DNA of 24,049 bases from an uncultured Myxococcales bacterium (GCA_964013405.1 CAXGWI010000042.1:1-24049), one strand, 5' to 3'. Shown: positions 1 through 9,075, counted from the stretch's first letter. Made by a program: numbers and translations. The notes: generated by a model not told the origin, from the sequence alone.

Positions 1-23
1 TGGGCTTCCGCTCATTCCCAGTT

Positions 24-938
24 TTGGCATCAAAGCGGTCTTCTAGGGCTTCGCTGCTGTTTCTGCTGGGCTTGATCGGAATGCTCAGCGGCTGTGGCGA
101 AGGCTTGAAGCCTTTTACGGTGGTGGACCGGCTGCGCATCGGGGCGGTGGCTACAGAGCCCGTGCAGCACCAACCGGGACAAGTTCTCAACGTCAAACTC
201 CTCACCTTGCGAGAAGCCGACGACTCGACCCCACTCTCCGTGCTCATCAGCGGCTGTGCGCCCACGGGGCCGGTTCAGACTTGCGGTCCGGGCGCCCTGC
301 CCTTGCTGCCAGCGGCACCGCCGGCCTTTACCCTGGAGGAACATGAGGGGAACCCCACCGGCGCACGGGTCGATGACTGGGCCTTTTTGGTGCCCGCTGA
401 AGCCCGGGGCCCCCTCCTGCTCGACGCCATCGTGGTCAACTGTGATGTGGGTGACGACCCGGATGCCGAGGTGGTGGCTTCCGCCCTTGAAACCGTTTTA
501 GCCGAGGGGGAGGTCAAAGCGCCCTCAGGCTGGACCTGTGCCGAAGACCCCTTGCGCATGAGCCGCTCGGTGTGGATCGCCCGCCATCGGGTGAGCCCAG
601 CAGACCCAACGGCCGAGGCCCTCATCAATGTGGTCCCGAGTCCACCGGTACTCAGCCGCATGGAAGACCAAACGGAGCTGGAACCGGGCTTGATCCGCAC
701 CGAGATCCAAGCGGCGACGGAGGGGCTTGTTCCGGAGGACGAACCCCGCTGGTTTTGGTTTAGTACCTCCCCCAACGGCGTGGTGATGCGGGTCTCTGCC
801 GACGAGGGCGGCAAGACCAAAGCACTGGTCCTTGAGCAACGGGACAGAGTCTTTAGCTATTGGGCCATCGTCCGGGACAATCAAGGGCGAGCCGGCTGGA
901 ATGCCTTCCATCTGCCAGCGGACGCGGACATCCCCTGA
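24..938 (+). CDS. Hypothetical lipoprotein (myxobacterial type)
   Basis: Basic N-terminus, hydrophobic stretch and lipobox LSG-C; TGA overlaps the next ATG (TGATG at 936-940). The TTG start is uncertain because it is near the window edge. Confidence 0.7.
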   Translation: MASKRSSRASLLFLLGLIGMLSGCGEGLKPFTVVDRLRIGAVATEPVQHQPGQVLNVKLLTLREADDSTPLSVLISGCAPTGPVQTCGPGALPLLPAAPPAFTLEEHEGNPTGARVDDWAFLVPAEARGPLLLDAIVVNCDVGDDPDAEVVASALETVLAEGEVKAPSGWTCAEDPLRMSRSVWIARHRVSPADPTAEALINVVPSPPVLSRMEDQTELEPGLIRTEIQAATEGLVPEDEPRWFWFSTSPNGVVMRVSADEGGKTKALVLEQRDRVFSYWAIVRDNQGRAGWNAFHLPADADIP

Positions 939-1729
939 TGGCGAGCGCTTATTGGTCCCATGGTCTCGCCATCCTCCTTTGCTGTGTGACCCTCCTCTGG
1001 CTTGTCAGCTACCGGCGCAAGGACGCCAGCATCGTCGACATCTGGTGGGGTCCAGGCTTCTTCGTCCTCTTTGTCACCCTCATCATCCATGAAGGTGCTC
1101 TCTATCCCAAGAGCGCCCTCGCCGCCGGCGTGCTCGGCCTGTGGGGGCTCAGACTGGGGAGCTACCTTGCTGCGAGGAACCTGGGCCATGGTGAGGACTA
1201 CCGCTATCAGGCGATGCGGGCCCGGGATCCCCACTTCGCCTGGACCTGCTTGTTCAAAGTCTTCTGGCTCCAAGGGGGCTTACAGGTCCTGATCAGCCTC
1301 CCTCTTTACTGGGTCGTCACCGCCACGGGCCCCTTGGGGCTTTGGGATTACATCGGCGCAGGCTTCGCTTTCGGCGGGATCGTGATCGAGGCCTTGGCCG
1401 ACCGACAAATGAAGCGCTTTAAGGCCGATCCGAACCACGCAGGACAGGTGATGGACCAAGGGCTCTGGGGCTGGAGCCGGCATCCCAACTATTTCGGTAA
1501 CGCCTGCATCTGGTTGGGGATTGGGTTCATCGGCACGGGAGCCGCTGCGCCCCTGTGGGCCTGGGCGGGCCCCGCGGTGATGCTCTTCTTGCTGCTGCGG
1601 GTGAGCGGTGTGGCGATGTTGGAATCTACCATCAGCGAACGGCGCCCCGCCTACGTGGACTACCAGCGACGGGTCTCGGCCTTCATCCCTTGGCCGCCTC
1701 GCCCTTCGGCGGAACCGCCTCAGCCCTAG
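938..1729 (+). CDS. DUF1295 family / steroid 5-alpha-reductase-like integral membrane protein
   Basis: Motifs DASIVDIWWG, WGLRLG, GEDYRY, EALADRQM, GLWGWSRHPNYFG, Y..YQRRVSAFIPW; ATG at 938 is coupled to the upstream stop. Confidence 0.93.
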   Translation: MASAYWSHGLAILLCCVTLLWLVSYRRKDASIVDIWWGPGFFVLFVTLIIHEGALYPKSALAAGVLGLWGLRLGSYLAARNLGHGEDYRYQAMRARDPHFAWTCLFKVFWLQGGLQVLISLPLYWVVTATGPLGLWDYIGAGFAFGGIVIEALADRQMKRFKADPNHAGQVMDQGLWGWSRHPNYFGNACIWLGIGFIGTGAAAPLWAWAGPAVMLFLLLRVSGVAMLESTISERRPAYVDYQRRVSAFIPWPPRPSAEPPQP

Positions 1730-2613
1730 AACAAGTCTCCGGCTCGGGCGACGATCTGGTCACAGGTGGTGCCCGGTTCCAGCCGGCGCAGGACAAAGTA
1801 ACTGGCGGCGTCTTCCGGGTTGCGGCGGCTCTCCACTCGACTGCGAAGCAGACCACTGGAGGCATCGAGAACGATCTGGGTGCCTTCGGAGTTCCATAGG
1901 CCTTCGATCCGGCCCTCGTCCCGGGCCTGCCCGCGCATGGTGATCACGTTGCGCTGGGCCACGTAGACCTGACCAGACACCGTGCCGCTGACTTCCACGG
2001 TGACCCCGGGGTGTCCATCCATGTCCCCGTCCACTTCACCGGCTTCACCGGCGCTTTCGGGCAGTGGGTCGGTGAGGGGATTGTCCAGCTCAGCGCCCAC
2101 CACCGTGGCGAAGGGTCCAGCTTGGAAGCCACCGGAGGCGCGCAAACTGCCGCTTCGCTCAAAGACCGGAAAGTGGGTCACGAAGGCTGCTGGGTAATTG
2201 GTTTCGGTCGTGATCAGGCCGTAGCTCACCGGGCTGGTCTCCATGTGACAGAGCACCTCTTCCCAGTCGAAGTCTTCGCCACTGCGAGTCACTTCGGCCC
2301 GCAGGTAAGCTGTGGTTCGGATCTCTTTTTCGTCGTTACCGAAGGGACTGGGGTTGGTCTGTAATACCGAGGTGACGGTCTTCATGGCCCAGAGCTCTTC
2401 AACCACTGGCGGTGCGACGGCACCGGTGTCGGCGGGCTCTGTGCTGCCTCCATCTGCTGCCGGTGTGGCGGGCCCTGCGTCGGTGCTGGCTTCAGGCAGG
2501 GGGCCCGCATCCAAAAGGTCACTGAGATCCGGACGATTGTCGTCCACTTCCACGGGGGTTTCACCGCAACCGACGAGCAGGCCTAAGGCCATCCAAACGT
2601 GCACCTTCTTCAT
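1726..2613 (-). CDS. Hypothetical lipoprotein
   Basis: Start reassigned to MKKVHVWMALGLLVG-C (lipobox) with GGAG upstream; DAG-rich linker; DGDMDGHPG Ca-binding-like motif. Confidence 0.75.
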   Translation of the reverse strand: MKKVHVWMALGLLVGCGETPVEVDDNRPDLSDLLDAGPLPEASTDAGPATPAADGGSTEPADTGAVAPPVVEELWAMKTVTSVLQTNPSPFGNDEKEIRTTAYLRAEVTRSGEDFDWEEVLCHMETSPVSYGLITTETNYPAAFVTHFPVFERSGSLRASGGFQAGPFATVVGAELDNPLTDPLPESAGEAGEVDGDMDGHPGVTVEVSGTVSGQVYVAQRNVITMRGQARDEGRIEGLWNSEGTQIVLDASSGLLRSRVESRRNPEDAASYFVLRRLEPGTTCDQIVARAGDLF

Positions 2614-2741
2614 GGGGAAGCACTCCAACCACAATCTTTGCGGGGCGCCCCTAGCGCAAAACACACGCTCATGTATCCGTCAGGTAACGGGGGCCGGACG
2701 CTTGCTCGACTGTCACTCTACAAGTTTGTTGGCAACAAAGC

Positions 2742-3740
2742 TTAGCGTGAGAGCCCCTTCGGGCGTGAGACATACCCGTCGCTCTGGGCCAGACTCCACA
2801 GAGCGCCGACCGCCCCCAGTCCAGCCAGCATATAACCCCCCAAGACCAAGCGCTCCCCCACCCGTCGGCTGTCGGCGATGCTGCTCTGCATGCTTTTGTC
2901 GTCGCTCTGATCCGAGGCTTCCATCTTGGCCGCATCTTCTTCGAGGCTCATGCCAAAGCCAGCGGTAAGAAGCCCCATGCCGGCGATCATAAGGCCGCTA
3001 CCGGGACCCACTCGACGCACGGTCGCCTCCTCTTGAGCCACGTTGGGTGCGGCCTCATCCACCGCCACCACCGGCGCGGCCGGAAAGTCTTGATCCTGGC
3101 TCGCGCGCACCAAGGCTTGGGCTGCCTGCTGAAACCAAGCCGGCTCGGGAGTCTGGGGTCCTAAAAGGCGGCTAAAGGCAATGGACACCTGGGCTGTCGT
3201 TCGCACGGCGGTGAGTCGAACCCGATCTTTAATGGGCTCCAAGCGAATCCAGTAAGCCACGGCTGCCCCTGCATTTTGCCGCAGGGCTTCCAGGGCATCT
3301 TCCGTGACCACGGTCGTGGTTCCAGCCTCACCCAGTTTGGCTTTCAGGGGAGCACCGGTCAGCAGGCTCACTTCTTTCGCGTCCACAAGGCCCTGAACCA
3401 GGCCCTGGGCCAAGGGGGCAGCCCACTGCTCTTGGAGATCAGCGGGGATGGACAAGTCGGCCAGCACCGCCACCGGCAACACCGGTTTCTCGGGTTCGGC
3501 GGGCTTTGCTTCCGGCTCGGGCTTCTCCACCGGCTTCACGACCTTTTTGACGGCCTTCTTCTTTTTGCGGCGGCTGCGACGGCGAGGGCGACGCTTGCGA
3601 CGGCGACGGCGGCTCTTCGCCAACAGCAGGGAAAACCCCTCGCCCTCTTGCGCCCGGGGGCTCGGGGCTCCACTGGAAGCATCCACCTCCATGGGCAGCA
3701 GCAGCGCGGCGAGGGTGAGCAGGGTGATTAGGGATCGCAT
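2742..3740 (-). CDS. Secreted/membrane protein with polybasic tract and C-terminal Gly-rich hydrophobic helices
   Basis: Signal peptide, R/K tract, PE/K linker, globular region and two Gly-rich hydrophobic segments near the C-terminus. Confidence 0.7.
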   Translation of the reverse strand: MRSLITLLTLAALLLPMEVDASSGAPSPRAQEGEGFSLLLAKSRRRRRKRRPRRRSRRKKKKAVKKVVKPVEKPEPEAKPAEPEKPVLPVAVLADLSIPADLQEQWAAPLAQGLVQGLVDAKEVSLLTGAPLKAKLGEAGTTTVVTEDALEALRQNAGAAVAYWIRLEPIKDRVRLTAVRTTAQVSIAFSRLLGPQTPEPAWFQQAAQALVRASQDQDFPAAPVVAVDEAAPNVAQEEATVRRVGPGSGLMIAGMGLLTAGFGMSLEEDAAKMEASDQSDDKSMQSSIADSRRVGERLVLGGYMLAGLGAVGALWSLAQSDGYVSRPKGLSR

Positions 3741-3743
3741 GGA

Positions 3744-3777
3744 CTTTGAATTAGTCGATTTTTGCGATAATTCAAAG
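3744..3777. promoter_or_regulatory. Inverted repeat in AT-rich divergent promoter region (candidate operator)
   Basis: CTTTGAATTA-N14-TAATTCAAAG, perfect 10-bp arms between divergent ATGs at 3740 and 3809. Confidence 0.5.
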
Positions 3778-3808
3778 ACTCAAAACATTCAAACCGTTCG
3801 GATAAATC

Positions 3809-5122
3809 ATGCGTATCCTGAAAGCCACCGTCACCGTCACCCTGAGTTTCCTTGTTTTGGATCTCCTTTGGCTCGGGGTCGTGGGCTCGAACATCTACGA
3901 TGAAACCCTGGGCCCGCTGCGAGCGAAAGAGGTGGTTTGGGCCGCTGCCGGGCTCTTTTATGCCCAATATGTTGCGGTGATCGTCGGCTTTGCGGTGCTT
4001 CCTGCGGTGAGTCTCGCCCAGGCGGCGAAGCGGGGGCTCGGCATCGGCTGGTTGGCCTATGCCACCTACGAGCTGACCAACTGGGCGGTGATCACTGATT
4101 GGCCCGCCGTGCTGGTGCCCATCGATATCGCCTGGGGGCTTGTGCTCACCACCTCCTGTGCGGTGGCGGGCCGATTTGTGGCGGGTCCCCCCTCCGACAG
4201 GGACGCTTCGGCCGGCTTCAAGAACGTGGCAGCCCCATCGCCAGATGCCATGACGGGCACAGCGAATCGCGTTTCTTCGCAGGCCTTGGAGGCGCTAATT
4301 GTTGATCTGGCGAGCGATGACCCCGACCGGATTCGCAAGGGCTTGGAACTGGCTCAGCGCGTCCATGCCTCTGGCTTAGACAAGCCTCTGACCGCTATCT
4401 TGGAGCGCCCAGAGCCAAATCTTCGGAAACTGGCGCTCAAGGCGTTGGGCCACCAAGGTGCCTGGAAAGCACTCTCAAAGATTCATACCTGCGTTCAGGA
4501 CCCAGTTGCGGAGGTTCGGGCCGCCGCAGTGGAAGCATTTTGTGCGATTGGCAGAGAGAAGGCCATCGATGTCTGCTCCAACCTCTTGGACGACGGGAGC
4601 CCACGGGTTCGAGAGGCAACCATTGCCGGCTTTATCCAGCACGGTGGCCTCGTTGGCATGCTTCGGGCCATAGAGCCGTTGAACCAACTCCTAGAAAGTG
4701 AAAACCCTGACGATCGTGTCAGCGCGGCTCGCGTGCTCTGTGCCATTCGAGTGCAGAGTTTCCATCCGCAGGTTTTGCGCCTTCTGGCCGATGAAAATCC
4801 GAAGGTGGTGAAAGCTGCACTGGAAGCAGCCGGTGCGATGAAAACTCTAGAACTGTTTCCCTCCGTGATCTACCGCATGAGTCTTCGGGACTACACCGAT
4901 GACGCCGTGCGTGCGCTGGTCGCTATGGGTGATGAGGCGGTTCCTCTCCTTGCCAAAGTCATCGCGAACCCAAGAGAGGAAGCAAGCGTGCGAGCTCAGA
5001 TACCCAGAATTCTCAGTCAAATTGGAACCCCACTGGCAGCAAGTGTCCTCGAGTCAAACGGCCTAGATTTCCCCGTGGATCAGGCTGATGGTCGCGCGCC
5101 TGAATCGGGTCAGGAGTTCTAA
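3809..5122 (+). CDS. DUF2177 family membrane protein fused to a HEAT-repeat domain
   Basis: N-terminal ~125 aa has LDLLWLG, FY..Y, AYATYELTNWA...DW, IDIAWG (DUF2177); C-terminal part has HEAT repeats such as DPVAEVRAAAVEA, DGSPRVREATIAG and DENPKVVKAALEAAG. Confidence 0.82.
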   Translation: MRILKATVTVTLSFLVLDLLWLGVVGSNIYDETLGPLRAKEVVWAAAGLFYAQYVAVIVGFAVLPAVSLAQAAKRGLGIGWLAYATYELTNWAVITDWPAVLVPIDIAWGLVLTTSCAVAGRFVAGPPSDRDASAGFKNVAAPSPDAMTGTANRVSSQALEALIVDLASDDPDRIRKGLELAQRVHASGLDKPLTAILERPEPNLRKLALKALGHQGAWKALSKIHTCVQDPVAEVRAAAVEAFCAIGREKAIDVCSNLLDDGSPRVREATIAGFIQHGGLVGMLRAIEPLNQLLESENPDDRVSAARVLCAIRVQSFHPQVLRLLADENPKVVKAALEAAGAMKTLELFPSVIYRMSLRDYTDDAVRALVAMGDEAVPLLAKVIANPREEASVRAQIPRILSQIGTPLAASVLESNGLDFPVDQADGRAPESGQEF

Positions 5123-5214
5123 ATGCGGCGGCTGGCAGAGCGCCCTTGTTGCCCTTCTTGTCTACCCGTCGACGCCATGTCATGAAAATGCCCCCACGGG
5201 AGTCAATATAGACC

Positions 5215-5769
5215 ATGATCACCGAAGACTTTTCTCAGGCTCTGCAGATCGGCCAGGCTGCACCGGATTTCCTCTTGCGGGACACCGACGGCAACGACCG
5301 CAGTCTGAGCGACTTTGCTGACGCCCCCTTCTTGGTCGTCATCTTCACCTGTAACCACTGCCCTTACGTGCTCGGCAGCGACGCCCGGCTCGAAGCTGTG
5401 ATTGCCCGCTTTAAGGACCAGGGCGTCGCATTCGTGGGGATCAACGCCAACGACGCGACCCGCTACCCCCAGGACAGCTACGAGCTCATGCAGAAGCGGG
5501 CGCCGACGTTGGGCTACACCTATCTCCACGACCCAAGCCAGCAGGTGACCAAGAACTACGGCGCCCAAGTGACCCCCGAGTTCTTCATTCTCGATCCGGA
5601 CCGAATTCTCTGTTGGCACGGCACCATCGATGACAGCCCCCGAGAGGCCAGTGGCGCCACGACCCGTTGGTTGGAGGACGCCCTTGAAGGCTTGACGAAC
5701 AGCGGTGAACTGAACCGGCAAACGACGCCAGTCCAAGGCTGTTCGGTCAAATGGCTGGAGGCGCACTGA
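5215..5769 (+). CDS. Thioredoxin-family (AhpC/TSA, PRX_like1) protein
   Basis: IGQAAPDFLL, FTCNHCPYV (CxxC), INAND...YPQDS, YGAQVTPEFF, G.IDD and C-terminal GCSVKW. Confidence 0.93.
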   Translation: MITEDFSQALQIGQAAPDFLLRDTDGNDRSLSDFADAPFLVVIFTCNHCPYVLGSDARLEAVIARFKDQGVAFVGINANDATRYPQDSYELMQKRAPTLGYTYLHDPSQQVTKNYGAQVTPEFFILDPDRILCWHGTIDDSPREASGATTRWLEDALEGLTNSGELNRQTTPVQGCSVKWLEAH

Positions 5770-7307
5770 GTCGGGGCAAACAACATCGGCTCCGTGTGGG
5801 GCCCCACGGCAGTGGCAGTGTCGAGTTCAAGCTTGAGCATAAACTACCGGCCACGGGCAAAGCCAAGTACGACCTCCAGGTCCACTTGGTCTTCCCCACC
5901 AGTTTGGGGATCACCGAGGAGCTGTTGAGCCGGGAGCGTTTCTACGCCAACCGGCGCAGCTATCTGCGGCTCCATCCGCCCCGAGAGCCCCTGAGCAAGC
6001 TGGCGACGGCCGTGCTGAATGTGGGTGATGGGGGCCCCTTGGTCCGGCGCCAACACCGACTCTTCGCCCAGCGACTACGCCACTCGATGGCAGCCCAAGT
6101 CAGCGCGACCCGCAAGTTGCTGGAGCGGGGCGAGGTGACCCAGGCCCGGGAGCTGTTTAGCTTGCTGATCAAGGATCTCGAGGCCGGGCGCAGCCCCCTT
6201 GCCCAGGTCCAGTCCCAGATTCCTGCAGGGCGGCTGCGGGAGGTCAGTCGTAGCTGTGATGAGTGGGTCAGCTTGGAGATGACCACTCGGCTGCTGCAGT
6301 TGGCCTACCGCTTTCAGAAGCGAAATGTCCCGCCCCCCGAGACGCTGTGGGACTTCCTTAAATCCGAGGCCGATTGGCGCAATCACCAGAGTTATGTCAG
6401 CGCCCCACTCCATCCGGAGCGCCACGGGGGCGCCCTCCTCACCCGCATGAGCCGGCTGAAAAAGATCGTGGGCTCGGTCCTTTATCTCGACTTGGAAAAC
6501 CGGGGGCCCAGCCGGGGCGCCCAGGATCTTCTCTTCGCCGTCGCCGCCTCGGTGGCGATGCTTTGGGCTGTCGGGATGCAGTTCGTGGCCTGGTGGGTGG
6601 GTGGCAACCCCTTCCAATCGGGGGCGAGCACTTTTACCATCACGACCTTTGTGGTGGTGGCGGTCTTTGCCTATGCCCTTAAAGACAAGATCAAGGAGGG
6701 GCTGCGCTCTTGGTTTCGGGCCAAGCTGCCGGTTTGGCTCTACGACCGGGAGCAGATCGGCTTCGACGACGAAGGCGATTCGGTGGCGAGCAGCCGGGAG
6801 AGCCTGGAGTATAACCAGCTCGAGGAGCTCCCGAAGAGCGTTCAGCGCTGGTACGAAGACACCGGCACCCTCGATGTGCCGGTCCATATCGTCAGCTATT
6901 CCCGGCGCACCGAGGTGAACGCCAAGCGCTTGCGCCAGGGTCGTCCGGACATGGGCGGGCTGACCGAAATCATTCGCTTGAGCGTTCGCCCCTGGCTGAC
7001 CCACATGGACGGCCCCTATGAGCCGGTTTGGCTCCCCCGGGGTCAGCGGGTGGAGAAGCATGAAGCCAAGCGGGTCTATCCGGTGTTGTTGATGCTGGAG
7101 GTCGAGGCCGAGGACCGGGACGATCGGGTCCGTGTGACCCGCCGGCTGGAGTTGAGTCGGGACGGCGTGGAGAAGATTCGTCGGCATGTCGGCGGTGACT
7201 TGCAAACGGAGCTTCCTGACCTCGCACCGGAAAGCCTCGCCCCGGTCACGGCCGACGAGCTGCTGGCCTTCGATCCCGACGAAGAAGAAGAGGCGAGCAT
7301 CGACTGA
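5751..7307 (+). CDS. Hypothetical membrane protein (two central TM helices, acidic tail)
   Basis: 518-aa ORF with host-like codon usage; hydrophobic segments LLFAVAASVAMLWAVGMQF and FTITTFVVVAVFAYAL; overlaps the upstream gene by 19 nt. Start uncertain. Confidence 0.75.
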   Translation: MAGGALSRGKQHRLRVGPHGSGSVEFKLEHKLPATGKAKYDLQVHLVFPTSLGITEELLSRERFYANRRSYLRLHPPREPLSKLATAVLNVGDGGPLVRRQHRLFAQRLRHSMAAQVSATRKLLERGEVTQARELFSLLIKDLEAGRSPLAQVQSQIPAGRLREVSRSCDEWVSLEMTTRLLQLAYRFQKRNVPPPETLWDFLKSEADWRNHQSYVSAPLHPERHGGALLTRMSRLKKIVGSVLYLDLENRGPSRGAQDLLFAVAASVAMLWAVGMQFVAWWVGGNPFQSGASTFTITTFVVVAVFAYALKDKIKEGLRSWFRAKLPVWLYDREQIGFDDEGDSVASSRESLEYNQLEELPKSVQRWYEDTGTLDVPVHIVSYSRRTEVNAKRLRQGRPDMGGLTEIIRLSVRPWLTHMDGPYEPVWLPRGQRVEKHEAKRVYPVLLMLEVEAEDRDDRVRVTRRLELSRDGVEKIRRHVGGDLQTELPDLAPESLAPVTADELLAFDPDEEEEASID

Positions 7308-7374
7308 TCCGGGGGCCTGCATTGGACAAGTCCCTGTCAGGCTGGCAACACACCGGCCCGAAAGAGAGTGTTCG

Positions 7375-8070
7375 ATGCATCGTTTCTATGGACTCGCCCT
7401 TCTCGCCACCGGCTTCATGGTTTTGGGTTGCGGACCCACCGTCGATCCCCCCCGGGCCGTCGATGGGGGCCAGCCGGCTTCGGATGCGGGCTCGGGGCCC
7501 GTCCAGGATGCAGGGGCAGCGACGGACACCGGGCAGCCGACGGACAGCGGCACTGAGGTCGATGCAGGCCCTGAGGGTCCCGTGGAATGCGGTGGGCCCA
7601 TCGAGACCCCCTGCCCCGAGGGCTCGACCTGCGTGAAGAACGATGGCCTCTGCGACGGCCGACCCAACGGGCAGTTCCCCACGGGCACTTGCCAGCCGGT
7701 GCTGGCTGAGTGTCCCGAAGCGGCGGAAGAGGATGCGGTCTGCGGTTGCGGCGGTGCAACCTATGCCAGTCGCTGTCATGCCCAGCTGCATGGCGAGGAT
7801 GTGGCGGAGTCGGGTGTCTGCCGGGATCAGTCGGGGCTCAACCGCTGCACGACCTCTGCCGATTGTGGTCGAGACGAGTTCTACTGCGCGACGCCTCTGG
7901 GTCACTGCAATGCCGTGGCCTTCTGCCTACCCAATCCCAACATGTGCACTCAAGAGGAGAGCCCAGATCGGGGCAGCCCGGTCTGCGACTGCAACGGCAA
8001 CGAGCACCACAACCTGTGCAACGCCCGTCTCGCCGGGGAGAGCGTCCGGAATGTGGGCCCCTGTCGGTGA
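7375..8070 (+). CDS. Cys-rich lipoprotein with two Kazal-type domains (copy 1)
   Basis: Start MHRFYGLALLATGFMVLG-C (lipobox); Kazal-like AVCGCGGATYASRCHA...G.C and PVCDCNGNEHHNLCNA...GPC. Confidence 0.82.
   Translation: MHRFYGLALLATGFMVLGCGPTVDPPRAVDGGQPASDAGSGPVQDAGAATDTGQPTDSGTEVDAGPEGPVECGGPIETPCPEGSTCVKNDGLCDGRPNGQFPTGTCQPVLAECPEAAEEDAVCGCGGATYASRCHAQLHGEDVAESGVCRDQSGLNRCTTSADCGRDEFYCATPLGHCNAVAFCLPNPNMCTQEESPDRGSPVCDCNGNEHHNLCNARLAGESVRNVGPCR
7708..7946 (+). repeat. Direct repeat, copy 1 (near-identical core of the Kazal paralogues)
   Basis: 239 nt, 9 mismatches and no gaps against 8660-8898 (manual alignment). Confidence 0.95.
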
Positions 8071-8236
8071 GTTCCCAGCGGTTCGCTAAAGCTCTGCTTC
8101 CGGCGAGACCACTCCCAGTGCTTCTACCGGAGCCGCGCAGATACGACGCCATTGCGAGGGATTTGTTGTGATTGGCCCCCTCTTACCGAGCTGCACTTTC
8201 TTCGAAAAACTCGACTCTGATTGAGAGATGTGAGTG

Positions 8237-9028
8237 ATGCGGCTAATTCATCTTGCGGTTCTGGCGATTGGATTCCTTATACTCGGCTGCCCCATTTTGC
8301 TTGGTGATGAACCGCTGTGGGGTGACGACGTAGCTGGGCAGGATGCAGGGCTTCGACAGGACGTGGGCTGGCTGGGAACCGGGTCTGACGCGGCAGCAGG
8401 GACAGACTCTGGCCTGAGTCCAGACGCTGGAAATGCGGCGGACGGCGGTGCTGCAACCGATACGGGCCTTACGGCGGACGCGGGCCCTCAGGGCCCGGTG
8501 GAATGCTTTTTGCGCCCCGGGGCCCGTGGCGATCACCGGCAGGCCTCCTGCCCCGAGGGCTCGATCTGCGTGAAGAACGATGGCGTCTGCAACGGCCAAT
8601 TCAACGGCGTGCCGCCAGTCGACCTCATGCTCCCGGGCACCTGCCAGCCCTTGGTGGCCGAGTGTCCCGAAGCGGCGGAAGGCGATGCGGTCTGCGGTTG
8701 CCGCGGTGCAACCTATGCCAGTCGCTGTCATGCCCAGCTGCATGACGTGGATGTGGCGGAGTCGGGTGTCTGCCGGGATCAGTCGGCGCTCAACCGCTGC
8801 ACGACCGCTGCCGATTGTGGTCGAGACGAGTCCTACTGCGCGACGCCTCTGGGTCACTGCAATGCCGTGGCCTTCTGCCTGCCCAATCCCAACATGTGTA
8901 CTGAAGCAGAGAGCGAGTTGTGGGGCGTCCCGGTGTGCGACTGCAATGGCCGCGAGCACGACAACCTGTGCAACGCCCGTCTCGCCGGTCAGAGTGTCCG
9001 GGATTTTTCTGTGGGCCCCTGCCGCTGA
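8237..9028 (+). CDS. Cys-rich lipoprotein with two Kazal-type domains (copy 2)
   Basis: MRLIHLAVLAIGFLILG-C lipobox; same Cys scaffold as 7375-8070. GTG at 8234 is an alternative start. Confidence 0.82.
   Translation: MRLIHLAVLAIGFLILGCPILLGDEPLWGDDVAGQDAGLRQDVGWLGTGSDAAAGTDSGLSPDAGNAADGGAATDTGLTADAGPQGPVECFLRPGARGDHRQASCPEGSICVKNDGVCNGQFNGVPPVDLMLPGTCQPLVAECPEAAEGDAVCGCRGATYASRCHAQLHDVDVAESGVCRDQSALNRCTTAADCGRDESYCATPLGHCNAVAFCLPNPNMCTEAESELWGVPVCDCNGREHDNLCNARLAGQSVRDFSVGPCR
8660..8898 (+). repeat. Direct repeat, copy 2 (near-identical core of the Kazal paralogues)
   Basis: Matches 7708-7946 at 230/239 positions. Confidence 0.95.
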
Positions 9029-9059
9029 CTCAGCACAGGGGCCCTAAAGCACTTGATTC

Positions 9060-9075
9060 TGGCACGCCATTGGCT
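9060..9075 (+). promoter_or_regulatory. Sigma54-like -24/-12 motif upstream of tRNA-Thr
   Basis: TGGCACG-CCAT-TGGCT: perfect -24 box and GG-N10-GC spacing; -12 box is TGGC rather than TTGC. Confidence 0.35.

Noticed and set aside
2725..2739. 7-1-7 palindrome TTTGTTG-G-CAACAAA
   Set aside because: Short, single copy and adjacent to a stop codon; it cannot be distinguished from chance or a weak terminator.
938..4190. DUF1295 plus DUF2177 as a cyclopropane/furan fatty-acid gene cluster
   Set aside because: The genes are separated by two opposite-strand genes, and the cfa methyltransferase, DUF1365 and desaturase partners are absent from the window.
6075..7322. 415-aa minus-strand ORF and other long antisense ORFs (e.g. 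7246-7905, 8243-8959, 14880-15701, 17525-18124)
   Set aside because: Shadow frames of well-supported opposite-strand genes, expected in GC-rich DNA.
7708..8898. Kazal repeat pair as a diversity-generating retroelement TR/VR
   Set aside because: Mismatches are not adenine-specific (several G/C, T/G and T/C changes), both copies lie in intact genes, and no reverse transcriptase is present.
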